DNA from: a virus
DNA: 64,000 nucleotides
Virus record (IMG/VR): IMGVR_UViG_3300032214_001034
Coordinates: 1-64,000 of that record
Direction: 5' to 3' (one strand)
Below the pieces are notes generated by a model, which had not been told where the DNA came from, searched no databases, and worked only from the letters and a program-made list of their open reading frames with translations. Each line of letters starts with the position of its first letter. The first letter of the stretch is position 1. The position numbers and the translations under genes are program-made. Of the stretch, positions 47,467 to 57,481 are shown piece after piece.

Positions 47467-49452
47467 ATGGCATTAAGAGCACTCGGAAATCCACTTGCAA
47501 GTTTTATAGATTACCTAGCAAAGACTGGTACTGATGCTTCTACTCCACCACCAACCTTAGAAGGTTTAACAGCAACTGGTGGTGTGATTAGTGATTATGT
47601 TGATCCGGGATCTGGCGCAATTTATCGAGCACATATATTTAATTCTACGGGTACTTTTTCCGTAACTTCTGTCGGTGATTATGGTGATACTGTTGATTAT
47701 TTGCTTGTAGGTGGTGGTGGTGCCGGTGGAATGGGTTTAAATGGTGGTGGTGGTGGAGGAGCAGGAAGATACTTGACGGGCACTACTCCAATTCCATCAC
47801 CATCTTCTTTTTCAATTTCTGTTGGTGGTGGTGGTGCAATAAATTTTCCTGGAGATGGAATAACGGGATCTAATAGTGTTGCATCTTTCCCAGCAGGAAC
47901 AATCACCGCACAAGGAGGTGGTGGAGGAGGTGGAAATGCCAATGCTGGTCTTGCTGGCGGTTCTGGTGGTGGTGCAGGTAGAGATTCTAATGGTGCTGCT
48001 GGTGGATCTGCAACTCCTGGTCCTGGTGGAAATGCTGGTGGAACTTCTGGTTCTTCTACCTCTTTTTCCGCATCTGGTGGTGGTGGTGGTGCTGGGAGTG
48101 CTGGACAACCATTTCAAGCACCACCAGGACCTGGTGTAGAAGTTTCTGGTGGTGGTGGAAATGGACTTCCAAATAGTATTTCCGGAACTGAAACAATCTA
48201 TGCAGCAGGTGGAGGAGGGGCAGGAAGATTAAAAACTGCTGGTGGTTCCTCTGGTGTTGGTGGAGGAGGTGCTGGATATGCAGATCCCACTAATCCAACT
48301 GACCCAAATTACTATAAAGGTAGACAAAGCACTGGATCTGGTGGTGGAGGATCTGGGTATTCTTCACCATTTACTTGGAACCCACCACAAATTCCAGGTG
48401 GAACTGGTGCATCTGGCGTTGCTGTAATTAGATATCAAATAGGACAATTAACAGCAGCAGCAAAAGCAACTGGTGGTGCGATTAGTTATTATCAAGGACA
48501 AACCATTCATACCTTTACAAGTTCTGGTACTTTTACTTTACCAGCGTCTTATCCATCAATTTCAGCACAAATATTAGTTGTTGCTGGTGGTGGTGCAGGT
48601 GGATATAGGCATGGTGGTGGTGGAGGAGGAGGAGGTGTTGTCCACGTTCCTCTTGCAAATGGTTCAATTTCTAATGGAACTTATACTATAACTGTTGGTG
48701 GTGGTGGAGCAGCAAAAACTGTTGATTATGATGGGGGGGATGATGGAAGTCCTTCGTCATTTGGTCCACCTTCATCTGCTTCTGCACCAACTCATCTTCT
48801 TGCTCTTGGTGGAGGAGGTGGTGGAACTTGGCAACCTGCTACATCTGGTCCTTGGGGATCAGGACATCCAGGTGGTTCCGGTGGTGGAGAATATGGAAAT
48901 CCAGATCAATCTGGTGGAACTGGTTCTCAACCCGCACCAACGGTATTTGGTACATCAACCGGATATGGAACAAATGGTGGAAGTGGAATCAATTATCCAG
49001 GAGATGGTAGAATAGGTGGTGGAGGTGGTGGAGCAGGTGGAGCAGGTGTTCCTGGTGGACCTTCTGCACCAGAAACAGGAAATGGTGGACCCGGTATTCA
49101 AATACAAATAGCATCAAATCCAAATAATAACTACTATTGGGCTGGTGGTGGTGGTGCTGGTGCTTGGAATGCACCAGATTTTAGATCTGCTAATAAAGGA
49201 GTTGGTGGTGCTGGTGGTGGTGGCGGTGGATCATCTTGGGATGCTGGAGTTCCTGGTGGTCCTGGTGCTTCTGGTGGACTTGGAGTTGGTGGAACGGGAA
49301 CTGCTGGTGCAGTAAATATTGGTGGTGATGGGGCACAATCTACAGGTGGTGGTGGAGGTGGAAACGGTCAGTCGGACTATTCCACTTGGCCTGCTGTTGG
49401 AAGAGGTGGATTTGGTGGTTCTGGTATTGTTATTATTGCTTATCCTTCATAA
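47467..49452 (+). CDS. Glycine-rich domain protein (two domains), putative adhesin
   Basis: Two ATGG..H.F.S.GTF..V.GGG...SG...I.Y units; ends in IAYPS. Confidence 0.75.
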   Translation: MALRALGNPLASFIDYLAKTGTDASTPPPTLEGLTATGGVISDYVDPGSGAIYRAHIFNSTGTFSVTSVGDYGDTVDYLLVGGGGAGGMGLNGGGGGGAGRYLTGTTPIPSPSSFSISVGGGGAINFPGDGITGSNSVASFPAGTITAQGGGGGGGNANAGLAGGSGGGAGRDSNGAAGGSATPGPGGNAGGTSGSSTSFSASGGGGGAGSAGQPFQAPPGPGVEVSGGGGNGLPNSISGTETIYAAGGGGAGRLKTAGGSSGVGGGGAGYADPTNPTDPNYYKGRQSTGSGGGGSGYSSPFTWNPPQIPGGTGASGVAVIRYQIGQLTAAAKATGGAISYYQGQTIHTFTSSGTFTLPASYPSISAQILVVAGGGAGGYRHGGGGGGGGVVHVPLANGSISNGTYTITVGGGGAAKTVDYDGGDDGSPSSFGPPSSASAPTHLLALGGGGGGTWQPATSGPWGSGHPGGSGGGEYGNPDQSGGTGSQPAPTVFGTSTGYGTNGGSGINYPGDGRIGGGGGGAGGAGVPGGPSAPETGNGGPGIQIQIASNPNNNYYWAGGGGAGAWNAPDFRSANKGVGGAGGGGGGSSWDAGVPGGPGASGGLGVGGTGTAGAVNIGGDGAQSTGGGGGGNGQSDYSTWPAVGRGGFGGSGIVIIAYPS

Positions 49453-49455
49453 ATA
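49450..49455 (+). promoter_or_regulatory. Late-promoter motif TAAATA fused to a stop codon (representative)
   Basis: tatccttcaTAAATA at four gene ends (motif at 49450, 51445, 54742, 57458); similar at 46022, 47446, 52391, 63849. Confidence 0.65.
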
Positions 49456-49470
49456 CTCAAAAAGCATAAA

Positions 49471-51447
49471 ATGGGCGTAAGATCGGTCAATAATTCACTA
49501 CAACAGTTTTTAGACACTTTTGTAAGAAGTGGTACTGATGCGTCTACCCCTTCTGTTGCGCCATCAGGATTAACAGCAACTGGTGGCGTTATTAGTGATT
49601 ATGTAGATGGTTCTAATGTTTATAGAGCACACATCTTTACATCAACAGGAACATTTTCAGTAAGTTCTATTGGATCTTATGGTTCTAATGTTGAATATCT
49701 CGTGGTTGCTGGTGGTGGAGGAGGTGGTGGACATAATACTGGTGGTGGAGGAGGTGCTGGAGGTTTAAGAACTAATCTTACCGGACATCCATTAGCAGGT
49801 TCAGCATTTCCAGTATCAACTTCGCCCGGATCTTATACAGTTACTATTGGATCTGGTGGAATAGGAGGAGCTCCCTCAGGAAATTCTGGCACTCAGGGTG
49901 GTCCATCATCTTTTGGTCCTATTACATCAACAGGTGGTGGATATGGTGGTAAAGGTGTAACTGCATCCCCAAATGCTGCTCCTGGTGGACCTGGTGGATC
50001 TGGTGGAGGTGGAGGTGGAGATGATACTGCTGGCCCATATCCCGGTGGTACTGGCACTTCCGGACAAGGAAATAATGGTGGATTTGGATATGCACCAGGA
50101 GCAAGAGGTGGCGGCGGCGGTGGAATAAGTGCCGAAGGAACTCCCGGTGCATCTGTTGCTGGTCCTGGTGGCGCAGGTGTTCAAGTTGCTATTGCTGGCC
50201 CACCAACATCTACTGGCATAGTTGGCGCATTAAATCCTGGTCCGGGTGAATATCAGTGGTTTGCTGGTGGTGGCGGCGGCGGTGGAAATGTCAATGCCGG
50301 AACTGGTGGTGTAGGTGGTGGTGGAACTGGTGGAACTGGAGGTGGACCTCCAGGAATACCATTTTCTGCTCCATCACGAGGAACTTATGCTACTGGAGGC
50401 GGTGGAGGTGGTGCCGCTGGATGGGGAACAGCAGTTCCTGGAGGTAATGGCGGTTCCGGAATCGTAGTAGTAAGATATAAAATTGGACAATTAACAGCAA
50501 CCGCAAAAGCAACTGGTGGTTCTATAAGTTACTATGATGGTAAGACAATTCATACCTTTACGACTTCTGGTACTTTTACTGCTCCAGGATCATTTAATGA
50601 GACTGTAGAATATGTTGTAATTGCTGGTGGTGGTAGTGGTGCTGCTGTATTTGGTGGAGGTGGTGCTGGTGGATACAGAGAAGGAAGTGTGCCAATTTCC
50701 GGTCCATCATCTACTACAATTCAAGTTGGAGCTGGTGCAGCAGGAGTTTCTTACCCTGCCGGTGGTGCATTATCTGGTTCACAAGGAACTTCATCTTATT
50801 TTGGAGCACCAATAACATCCGATGGTGGGGGTTTTGGTGCCAGTGGACCTGGTGTAGTTGGTGGACCTGGTGGATCTGGTGGTGGTGGATCCGACTGGGC
50901 AGCAACAGGAGCTGCTGGTGGACCGGCAACTGGATATCCAGGACCATCTCAACAAGGATTTCCTGGAGGAAGTGGATCTGGTGTTGATGCTGGCGGTGGC
51001 GGTGGTGGCGGCGCTGGCGGTGCGGGAGGAAATGGTTCTTCTCCATCTGGTGGACTTGGTGGATTGGGAAGACAAGTACCAGCAACATTTAGAAACCCAA
51101 AATCATCTACATCATTAGGATCTTCTGGACCAACGGGACCAGTTCCTGCAACAAATCCTGGAGGAGATACTAGTGGTCTATATTGGTTTGCAGGTGGTGG
51201 TGGTGGTGGAGCATATCACGGACCAACAGGAGCTAATCCAGCATCAACTGGTGGTGGTGGAGGAGGAGGGCCTGTCCCATCTCCATATGCAGGTGCTGGT
51301 AATGGTGGAATAAATCCAAATGGAAATGGTAGTCCCGGAAAGGAAAACACTGGTGGCGGAGGAGGAGGAGGAACTAGAGATCTTGTTACAAAAAGTGCCA
51401 GTGGATCTGGTGGTTCCGGAATAGTCCTAATTGCTTATCCTTCATAA
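49471..51447 (+). CDS. Glycine-rich domain protein (two domains), putative adhesin
   Basis: Same architecture as 47467; ends in IAYPS. Confidence 0.75.
   Translation: MGVRSVNNSLQQFLDTFVRSGTDASTPSVAPSGLTATGGVISDYVDGSNVYRAHIFTSTGTFSVSSIGSYGSNVEYLVVAGGGGGGGHNTGGGGGAGGLRTNLTGHPLAGSAFPVSTSPGSYTVTIGSGGIGGAPSGNSGTQGGPSSFGPITSTGGGYGGKGVTASPNAAPGGPGGSGGGGGGDDTAGPYPGGTGTSGQGNNGGFGYAPGARGGGGGGISAEGTPGASVAGPGGAGVQVAIAGPPTSTGIVGALNPGPGEYQWFAGGGGGGGNVNAGTGGVGGGGTGGTGGGPPGIPFSAPSRGTYATGGGGGGAAGWGTAVPGGNGGSGIVVVRYKIGQLTATAKATGGSISYYDGKTIHTFTTSGTFTAPGSFNETVEYVVIAGGGSGAAVFGGGGAGGYREGSVPISGPSSTTIQVGAGAAGVSYPAGGALSGSQGTSSYFGAPITSDGGGFGASGPGVVGGPGGSGGGGSDWAATGAAGGPATGYPGPSQQGFPGGSGSGVDAGGGGGGGAGGAGGNGSSPSGGLGGLGRQVPATFRNPKSSTSLGSSGPTGPVPATNPGGDTSGLYWFAGGGGGGAYHGPTGANPASTGGGGGGGPVPSPYAGAGNGGINPNGNGSPGKENTGGGGGGGTRDLVTKSASGSGGSGIVLIAYPS
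50488..50577 (+). repeat. Inter-domain nucleotide repeat block shared by four Gly-rich genes
   Basis: caattaacagcaaccgcaaaagcaactggtggttctataagtta is identical at 50488 and 53824; close variants at ~48445 and ~56485. Confidence 0.85.
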
Positions 51448-51467
51448 ATAACTAAAAAAGAAATAAG

Positions 51468-52160
51468 ATGGCAATAGGACGCCCAGTATCATTAACATCG
51501 AATGTGGCTTCTAAAACCATCAGTGTAACTGCAACAGCATCTCAGACGCTTTTTACAGTCACTGGTGGTTATAGAATCAATCAACTTGCAGTATTTCGTA
51601 ATGGTGTTCGTTTAGTTGATGGGACTGATTACACTGCAAGAGATGGTGCATCAGTCACTCTTCTTTCTGCAGCAACTGCAGGAGATACATTAGAGTTTCA
51701 GATTTTTGATGATTTCCGTGTTGCTGATGCGATTGTTTCTGCTGAGTCAGATCAAACAATCTATGGAAATCTAACTGTTACTGGTACATTAACTGGTGCA
51801 TCAATTGGTATTCAGTCTGCAGGAACTTCTGTTGGTTCTGCAACAACACTTAACTTTATAGGTGTTGGTAATACCTTTGCGGTTAATGGCAATACAATTG
51901 ATATTAGTATTGCTGGTGGCGGTGGTGGTGGTCTTGGAACTGCAATCAACTATTCCAATGGAACTACCACACCATTTAGTTACATTGATAGAGAAGCAAC
52001 AATAGGTCAAGATATTGTTCTTGATACTTTAAATGCTGGTGAGAGTTCATCAATTATCGTTTCAGTTATTCCAAACATTACTATTGCATCTGGTGTTGGA
52101 GTAACTGTTGGTGCAGGTAAGACAATGGTTATTGATGTCCTTCAAATCGGAGATCTCTGA
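51468..52160 (+). CDS. Tail-fibre shaft protein
   Basis: FRNGVRL..DY and TLNFIG.GNTFAVNG shared with 45224; C-terminal ITIASGVGVTVGAGKTMVI. Confidence 0.7.
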   Translation: MAIGRPVSLTSNVASKTISVTATASQTLFTVTGGYRINQLAVFRNGVRLVDGTDYTARDGASVTLLSAATAGDTLEFQIFDDFRVADAIVSAESDQTIYGNLTVTGTLTGASIGIQSAGTSVGSATTLNFIGVGNTFAVNGNTIDISIAGGGGGGLGTAINYSNGTTTPFSYIDREATIGQDIVLDTLNAGESSSIIVSVIPNITIASGVGVTVGAGKTMVIDVLQIGDL

Positions 52161-52393
52161 TGTCAAGTTTAAGAGTTACTACTTTAAGAGGTAGATCAGG
52201 TAATGAAAGCCCATCATTACCTGATGGTGTCGTCATTACTGGTATTGCAACTGCTACTGGATTTAGTGGCAATTTAACTGGTAATGCAACGGGACTTTCT
52301 GGTACTCCAGATATTGTTGTTGGAACTATCACTGCATCGACGTATGTGGGTGTTCCAGCGTCATCAGATTGGCGTGATAGTTCACTCTTCTAA
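52160..52393 (+). CDS. Short fibre connector protein
   Basis: MSSLRVTTLRGRSG, TGIATATGFSG, C-terminal DWRDSSLF. Confidence 0.65.
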   Translation: MSSLRVTTLRGRSGNESPSLPDGVVITGIATATGFSGNLTGNATGLSGTPDIVVGTITASTYVGVPASSDWRDSSLF

Positions 52394-52415
52394 ATAGATA
52401 TAAAACAGAAATAAG

Positions 52416-52778
52416 ATGGCACTTAATAGAGGCAACTTAGGGAATGTAACGCAGGTTTCAGCAGCGACCACGACTGCAGTATATACTGTTGGTTCTGCTC
52501 AGACTGCTTATATTAAGAGTGTTCTGATCACCAATCTGAGTGCATCTGCAACTCAAAATGTTCAGGTTCATGTAGTTCCAAACAGCGGTGGAAGTGCTGG
52601 GACTGCATCATCAACCACAAGAATTGCAAGAATTGGTATATCAACAGATGATACATTCTTCTTTGAGCCAGCATATCCAATCACATTAACCGCAACTGGA
52701 GATACTTTACAGGTTTATAATGAAGGTTTAACATCAAACTCCGTTAATGTTCTGGTATTAGGCGACAAAGAGGTATGA
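52416..52778 (+). CDS. Fibre adaptor-like beta protein (type A)
   Basis: AYIKSVLITN...DTFFFEPAYPITL...VNVLVLGD. Confidence 0.65.
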   Translation: MALNRGNLGNVTQVSAATTTAVYTVGSAQTAYIKSVLITNLSASATQNVQVHVVPNSGGSAGTASSTTRIARIGISTDDTFFFEPAYPITLTATGDTLQVYNEGLTSNSVNVLVLGDKEV

Positions 52779-52779
52779 T

Positions 52780-54744
52780 ATGGCATTTAAGAATATTCAA
52801 GGCAACGTAAGAAATAGTCTTTTAGATTATTTCGTAAGTGGTAAAGCAGTTCAGTATCATTCTAATCAGTTTGGTGGAGCAGTAATATTATCAGGATTAA
52901 CAGCAACTGGTGGTGTCATTAGTGATTATACTGACGGTTCTACTGTTTATAGAGCTCATATCTTTACTTCATCGGGAACTTTTAATGTAACTGCTACTGG
53001 TTCTTATGGTGATACTGTAGAATATCTTGTGGTTGCTGGTGGAGGTGGAGGCGCTGCTAGGCATGGCGGAGGTGGTGGAGCTGGAGGTCTTTTAGTGAGT
53101 CCGGGATTTACTGGAATTCCAACATCACAAAATCAAGGATCATCTATAACAATTCCAGGAACTTTACCCGCACCTTATTCTATAACCGTTGGTGCTGGTG
53201 GTGTTGGAGGTATGGGTCCAGATAGCAACAATTCACCAACAACCATTGGAACCCAAGGTGGTCCATCATCATTTGGTCCTGTTTCTACAACTGGTGGTGG
53301 TTATGGTGCTTCATATATACCATCTCCACCGGGAGCAAATCCTGGTGGTCCTGGTGGATCTGGTGGTGGAGGTTCTAATTTTGATACTTCAACGTTTGGA
53401 ATTGGTGGACCTGCAACTAATTATCCTGGACCAACGCAGCAAGGTTTTCCTGGTGGTGCTGGAGGTCCGGGAGTCCCATCTCATGGTGCAGGCGCCGGCG
53501 GCGGCGCGGGTGAAGCAGGTCAAAATGCAGTTTCTCCTCAAACTGGTGGAAGAGGTGGTGCTGGACTAACAGTTTATATTGCATCCCCACCAGCACAACC
53601 AGCACCACAAAACTCCTTTGCCGGTGGTGGAGGTGGTGGTGGAGATATTGCCGGCGCAGGATCACCAATAGGAGGTGGAGGTGCTGGTGGAGCTGGTGGT
53701 GGACAAAGTGGAACTGCCGGAACTTTTGCAACTGGTGGAGGCGGAGGAGGATCAAGAACTATTGGACCAGGTAATGGTGGCAACGGTGGTTCCGGAATCG
53801 TAGTAGTTCGCTACCAAATCGCTCAATTAACAGCAACCGCAAAAGCAACTGGTGGTTCTATAAGTTATTATAATGGCAAGACAATTCATACCTTTACGAG
53901 TTCTGGTACTTTTGCTGCACCTTCACCACTAAACCCAACATCATTGTCTGTTGAGTATGTTGTAGTTGGTGGTGGAGGTGCAGGTGGATCTGGACAAAGA
54001 GCTGGTGGTGGTGGAGGTGCTGGACAATATCTTACTGGTTCATCAACTATTCCATCTGGTTCTTCTTTCCCAATTTCTATTGGTGCTGGTGGAGCACAAG
54101 TAACAACATCAACCGAAGGGACATCTGCAAGTGATGGTGCTCTTGGAACACAAACTGTAGCAACATTCCCAGCAGGAACTATAACCTCTGGTGGTGGGGG
54201 CGGTGGTGGTGGATATCAAAGAGCAGGTAAAGCAGGTTCTCCTACCGGCGCATCTGGTGGAGGTGGTGGTAGAGATGGATCATCTGCAGGACCATCTGCT
54301 GGACCTGGAGGAAATCCAGGAGGAACTGGGGGACCAGGATCTGGATATGGAGGTGCTGGTGGAGGCGGTGGTGCTGGTGGTGCTGGAGTGAATGGATCAA
54401 ATCCAGGAGCTTCAACAGAAACTGCCGGACCAGGTGGACCCGGAGTACAAGTTCCTGCAACATTTAGAAATCCACAATCAGCAACATCTTTAGGAACTCC
54501 TGGTCCAGGAGGTGCATATTATATTGCAGGTGGAGGTGGTGGTACTGCTTATAGACCTGGTGGACAGGGAACTGGTGGTGTTGGTGGTGGAGGAGCAGGA
54601 TCTTCGGAAGTTTCAGGAGGCACTCCCGGACAACAATATGCTAAAGAAAACACCGGAAGTGGAGGTGGTGGTGGAGGAACAGGAACATATCTTCCTGCTG
54701 GTTCTGGTGGTTCCGGAATTGTCCTCATCGCATATCCTTCATAA
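52780..54744 (+). CDS. Glycine-rich domain protein (two domains), putative adhesin
   Basis: Same architecture as 47467; ends in IAYPS. Confidence 0.75.
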   Translation: MAFKNIQGNVRNSLLDYFVSGKAVQYHSNQFGGAVILSGLTATGGVISDYTDGSTVYRAHIFTSSGTFNVTATGSYGDTVEYLVVAGGGGGAARHGGGGGAGGLLVSPGFTGIPTSQNQGSSITIPGTLPAPYSITVGAGGVGGMGPDSNNSPTTIGTQGGPSSFGPVSTTGGGYGASYIPSPPGANPGGPGGSGGGGSNFDTSTFGIGGPATNYPGPTQQGFPGGAGGPGVPSHGAGAGGGAGEAGQNAVSPQTGGRGGAGLTVYIASPPAQPAPQNSFAGGGGGGGDIAGAGSPIGGGGAGGAGGGQSGTAGTFATGGGGGGSRTIGPGNGGNGGSGIVVVRYQIAQLTATAKATGGSISYYNGKTIHTFTSSGTFAAPSPLNPTSLSVEYVVVGGGGAGGSGQRAGGGGGAGQYLTGSSTIPSGSSFPISIGAGGAQVTTSTEGTSASDGALGTQTVATFPAGTITSGGGGGGGGYQRAGKAGSPTGASGGGGGRDGSSAGPSAGPGGNPGGTGGPGSGYGGAGGGGGAGGAGVNGSNPGASTETAGPGGPGVQVPATFRNPQSATSLGTPGPGGAYYIAGGGGGTAYRPGGQGTGGVGGGGAGSSEVSGGTPGQQYAKENTGSGGGGGGTGTYLPAGSGGSGIVLIAYPS

Positions 54745-54764
54745 ATACCTAAAAACATAGACAA

Positions 54765-55001
54765 ATGTCAAAGATACAAGTTGATGAAATCGTAGATAAA
54801 CTAGATGCAGGTGCTCCCACATTTACAAAGGGAGTATCTGTAGCTGGTGTTGCTACTGCTACAACTTTTAATGGAAACGTAACTGGTATTGCTATTACTG
54901 CAACATCAACGATTAGTGTTGGTGGAACAAGTGTAAATACTTTGATTGACAATAAAACATCACCAGGAAAAGCAATTGCTTTGTCAATGGTCTTCGGTTG
55001 A
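54765..55001 (+). CDS. Short fibre connector protein
   Basis: MSKIQVDEI, GVATATTFNG, C-terminal GKAIALSMVFG. Confidence 0.65.
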   Translation: MSKIQVDEIVDKLDAGAPTFTKGVSVAGVATATTFNGNVTGIAITATSTISVGGTSVNTLIDNKTSPGKAIALSMVFG

Positions 55002-55030
55002 TAAATAAACAAAAGAGGTATTGTAAGTAA

Positions 55031-55432
55031 ATGGCTGCTCCGAATATAGTAAATGTTGCATCTATTGCAGGAATAACGACATATCACGCAGGTATTGCCG
55101 CAACTACTGGTGGTCGTGGTGCATTAGGTATTACAACTGTTGTTTCTAACGCAGCAGCAAGCGGAAAAGTTTTAAAAATTAACTCTTTAGTTGCAGCAGG
55201 AATTGGAAACACAACGGGAGTTACTTTACAACACTTCAATAACGTAAATCACGTTTCTGCATCAAGTACAGTTTCCATCGCAATGACTGTATCAGTACCA
55301 ACATACTCTACATTAGTACTGATCAGTAAAGAAAATTCAATATACTTAGAAGAAAATACCTCTCTTGGAGTCTTTGCTCAACCAGGCACAGGACGTATTG
55401 ATGTAGTTTGCTCTTACGAAGAAATTAGTTGA
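55031..55432 (+). CDS. Fibre adaptor-like beta protein (type B)
   Basis: MAAPNIV...SGKVLKINSL...VSVPTYSTLVLI...IYLEE...SYEEIS. Confidence 0.65.
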   Translation: MAAPNIVNVASIAGITTYHAGIAATTGGRGALGITTVVSNAAASGKVLKINSLVAAGIGNTTGVTLQHFNNVNHVSASSTVSIAMTVSVPTYSTLVLISKENSIYLEENTSLGVFAQPGTGRIDVVCSYEEIS

Positions 55433-55444
55433 GGAGAGTGAACA

Positions 55445-57460
55445 ATGAGTTATCTTGGAAGAAGAATTGGTAAGTCACAGGATACTGCTACTGATACTGG
55501 AGATGGTGCAGGTGGTGGTCTTTTAGATCTTTTTACAAACGGATATTTTCAAAGACAAGGAAACATTTATAATGCTCCTGGAATAATACCACAAGGATTA
55601 ACAGCAACTGGTGGTATTATTAGTGATTATGTAGATGGATCGACGGTTTATAGAGCACATATCTTTACTTCATCAGGTACTTTTAGTGTAAGTTCTATTG
55701 GTGGTTATGGATCTAATGTAGAGTATCTTGTTGTTGCTGGTGGCGGCGGCGGTGGCGGAGGATGGCAGGCAGGTGGCGGAGGCGCTGGTGGGTACAGAAG
55801 TAGTGTATCTGGCGAAAGTTCTGGTGGTGGAGCAAGTGCAGAAAGCGCATTTCCAGTATCAGCATCTCCCGGTTCATATACAGTAACAATTGGTGCTGGT
55901 GGTGTTGGTGGTCAACCCAGTCCAGGATCATTCGGAGCATTTACTGGTAGTCAAGGAGGACCATCTTCATTTGGTCCTATAACGTCTACAGGTGGTGGTT
56001 ATGGTGCAACTTATATAAATCCCGGTGATAATCCAGGAGGACCTGGTGGTTCAGGTGGTGGTGCTGGTGATAGTGGAACTTCAGCAACCGCATCAGGAGG
56101 AACTGGTACTCCTGGACAGGGGTATAATGGTGGTGGTAGATCAGGTCCTTATGCACCAAACTATACCGGTGGCGGCGGCGGAGGCGCTGGCGGAGTTGGA
56201 TCTACCGGAGGTACTAGTCTTGCACCAGGTGGTAATGGTGTTGCATCATCTATTACAGGTTCTTCTGTGATAAGAGCTGGTGGTGGTGGAGGAGGATCAT
56301 ATAGTTTATCTGTGGGTGGAACAGGTGGTTCTGGTGGTGGTGGAACAGGTGGTGGAGGATCTCCAGCCACAAATTCAACTGAAGGAACTTACTCAACCGG
56401 CGGGGGCGGTGGTGGACAAGGTACATTAGCCGTTGGATCTAATGGTGGTTCTGGAATCGTAGTAGTAAGATATCAAATAGGTTTATTAACAGCAACCGCA
56501 AAAGCAACTGGTGGTGCTATTAGTTACTATGGTGGTAAGACTATTCATACCTTTACGAGTTCTGGTACTTTTGCAACAGAACCTAATTGGACTTCAACTA
56601 ATGTAGAGTATGTTGTAGTTGGTGGGGGGGCTGGTGGAGCAGGTGGGACTGGTGGTGCTGGTTCAGGTGGTGGTGGAGGTGCTGGTGGATTTATTACAAA
56701 TACAAATCATCCAATTGGCACTCATCCAGTATCAGTATCCGTTGTTGTTGGAGCAGGAGGTAGATTGGGATATGCTCCAGGACCTACTGCACCAGATACA
56801 AGAGGAACTAATGGATCTCCATCTTATTTTGGTCCATCATTAGTTGGTTATGGTGGTGGTCGTGGTAGTGGTGGATATCCAACACCATCACAATCTGCAG
56901 ATAATGGGGGATCTGGTGGTGGAGCACAGCCTCGTGCTGGTGCTGGTGCTCCTGATAATATTGGAGGTCTTGGTGATAGACAAACTGGAACTTCCACTCC
57001 TGCACCAATCACTCCACAAGGATTCCCTGGCGGTAATTCTTTAGGACCTGTTGCGATTGGTGGTGGTGGCGGAGGTGCAGGCGGCGCTGGTACTGATGGT
57101 GGACCAGGAGCAGCTCATGGTGGTATTGGAAAACAAGTTCCAGCGACATTTAGAAATCCATTATCAGCACCAGGACCAAATGGAGGTGGTTTAGGATTCC
57201 CTGGACCTTCCGGATCTTATTGGCTTGCTGGAGGTGGTGGAGGTGGTGGATGGTCTGCAACCGCAGGTGGATCAGGTGGTGGTCCTGGTGGACCTTATGC
57301 TGGTGCAGGTAGTGGAGGACCATCAAGTTCACCTAGTGATGGATTTGCTGCAAAAGAAAATTCTGGATCTGGTGGAGGCGGAGGTGGAGAAAATCCTGAT
57401 CCATTTAGTCCGGGTGCTTCGGGTGGTTCCGGAATCGTCCTCATTGCTTATCCTTCATAA
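55445..57460 (+). CDS. Glycine-rich domain protein (two domains), putative adhesin
   Basis: N-terminal YLGRRIG; same two-domain body; ends in IAYPS. Confidence 0.75.
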   Translation: MSYLGRRIGKSQDTATDTGDGAGGGLLDLFTNGYFQRQGNIYNAPGIIPQGLTATGGIISDYVDGSTVYRAHIFTSSGTFSVSSIGGYGSNVEYLVVAGGGGGGGGWQAGGGGAGGYRSSVSGESSGGGASAESAFPVSASPGSYTVTIGAGGVGGQPSPGSFGAFTGSQGGPSSFGPITSTGGGYGATYINPGDNPGGPGGSGGGAGDSGTSATASGGTGTPGQGYNGGGRSGPYAPNYTGGGGGGAGGVGSTGGTSLAPGGNGVASSITGSSVIRAGGGGGGSYSLSVGGTGGSGGGGTGGGGSPATNSTEGTYSTGGGGGGQGTLAVGSNGGSGIVVVRYQIGLLTATAKATGGAISYYGGKTIHTFTSSGTFATEPNWTSTNVEYVVVGGGAGGAGGTGGAGSGGGGGAGGFITNTNHPIGTHPVSVSVVVGAGGRLGYAPGPTAPDTRGTNGSPSYFGPSLVGYGGGRGSGGYPTPSQSADNGGSGGGAQPRAGAGAPDNIGGLGDRQTGTSTPAPITPQGFPGGNSLGPVAIGGGGGGAGGAGTDGGPGAAHGGIGKQVPATFRNPLSAPGPNGGGLGFPGPSGSYWLAGGGGGGGWSATAGGSGGGPGGPYAGAGSGGPSSSPSDGFAAKENSGSGGGGGGENPDPFSPGASGGSGIVLIAYPS

Positions 57461-57481
57461 ATATCTAAAAAGTAGTTAAAA

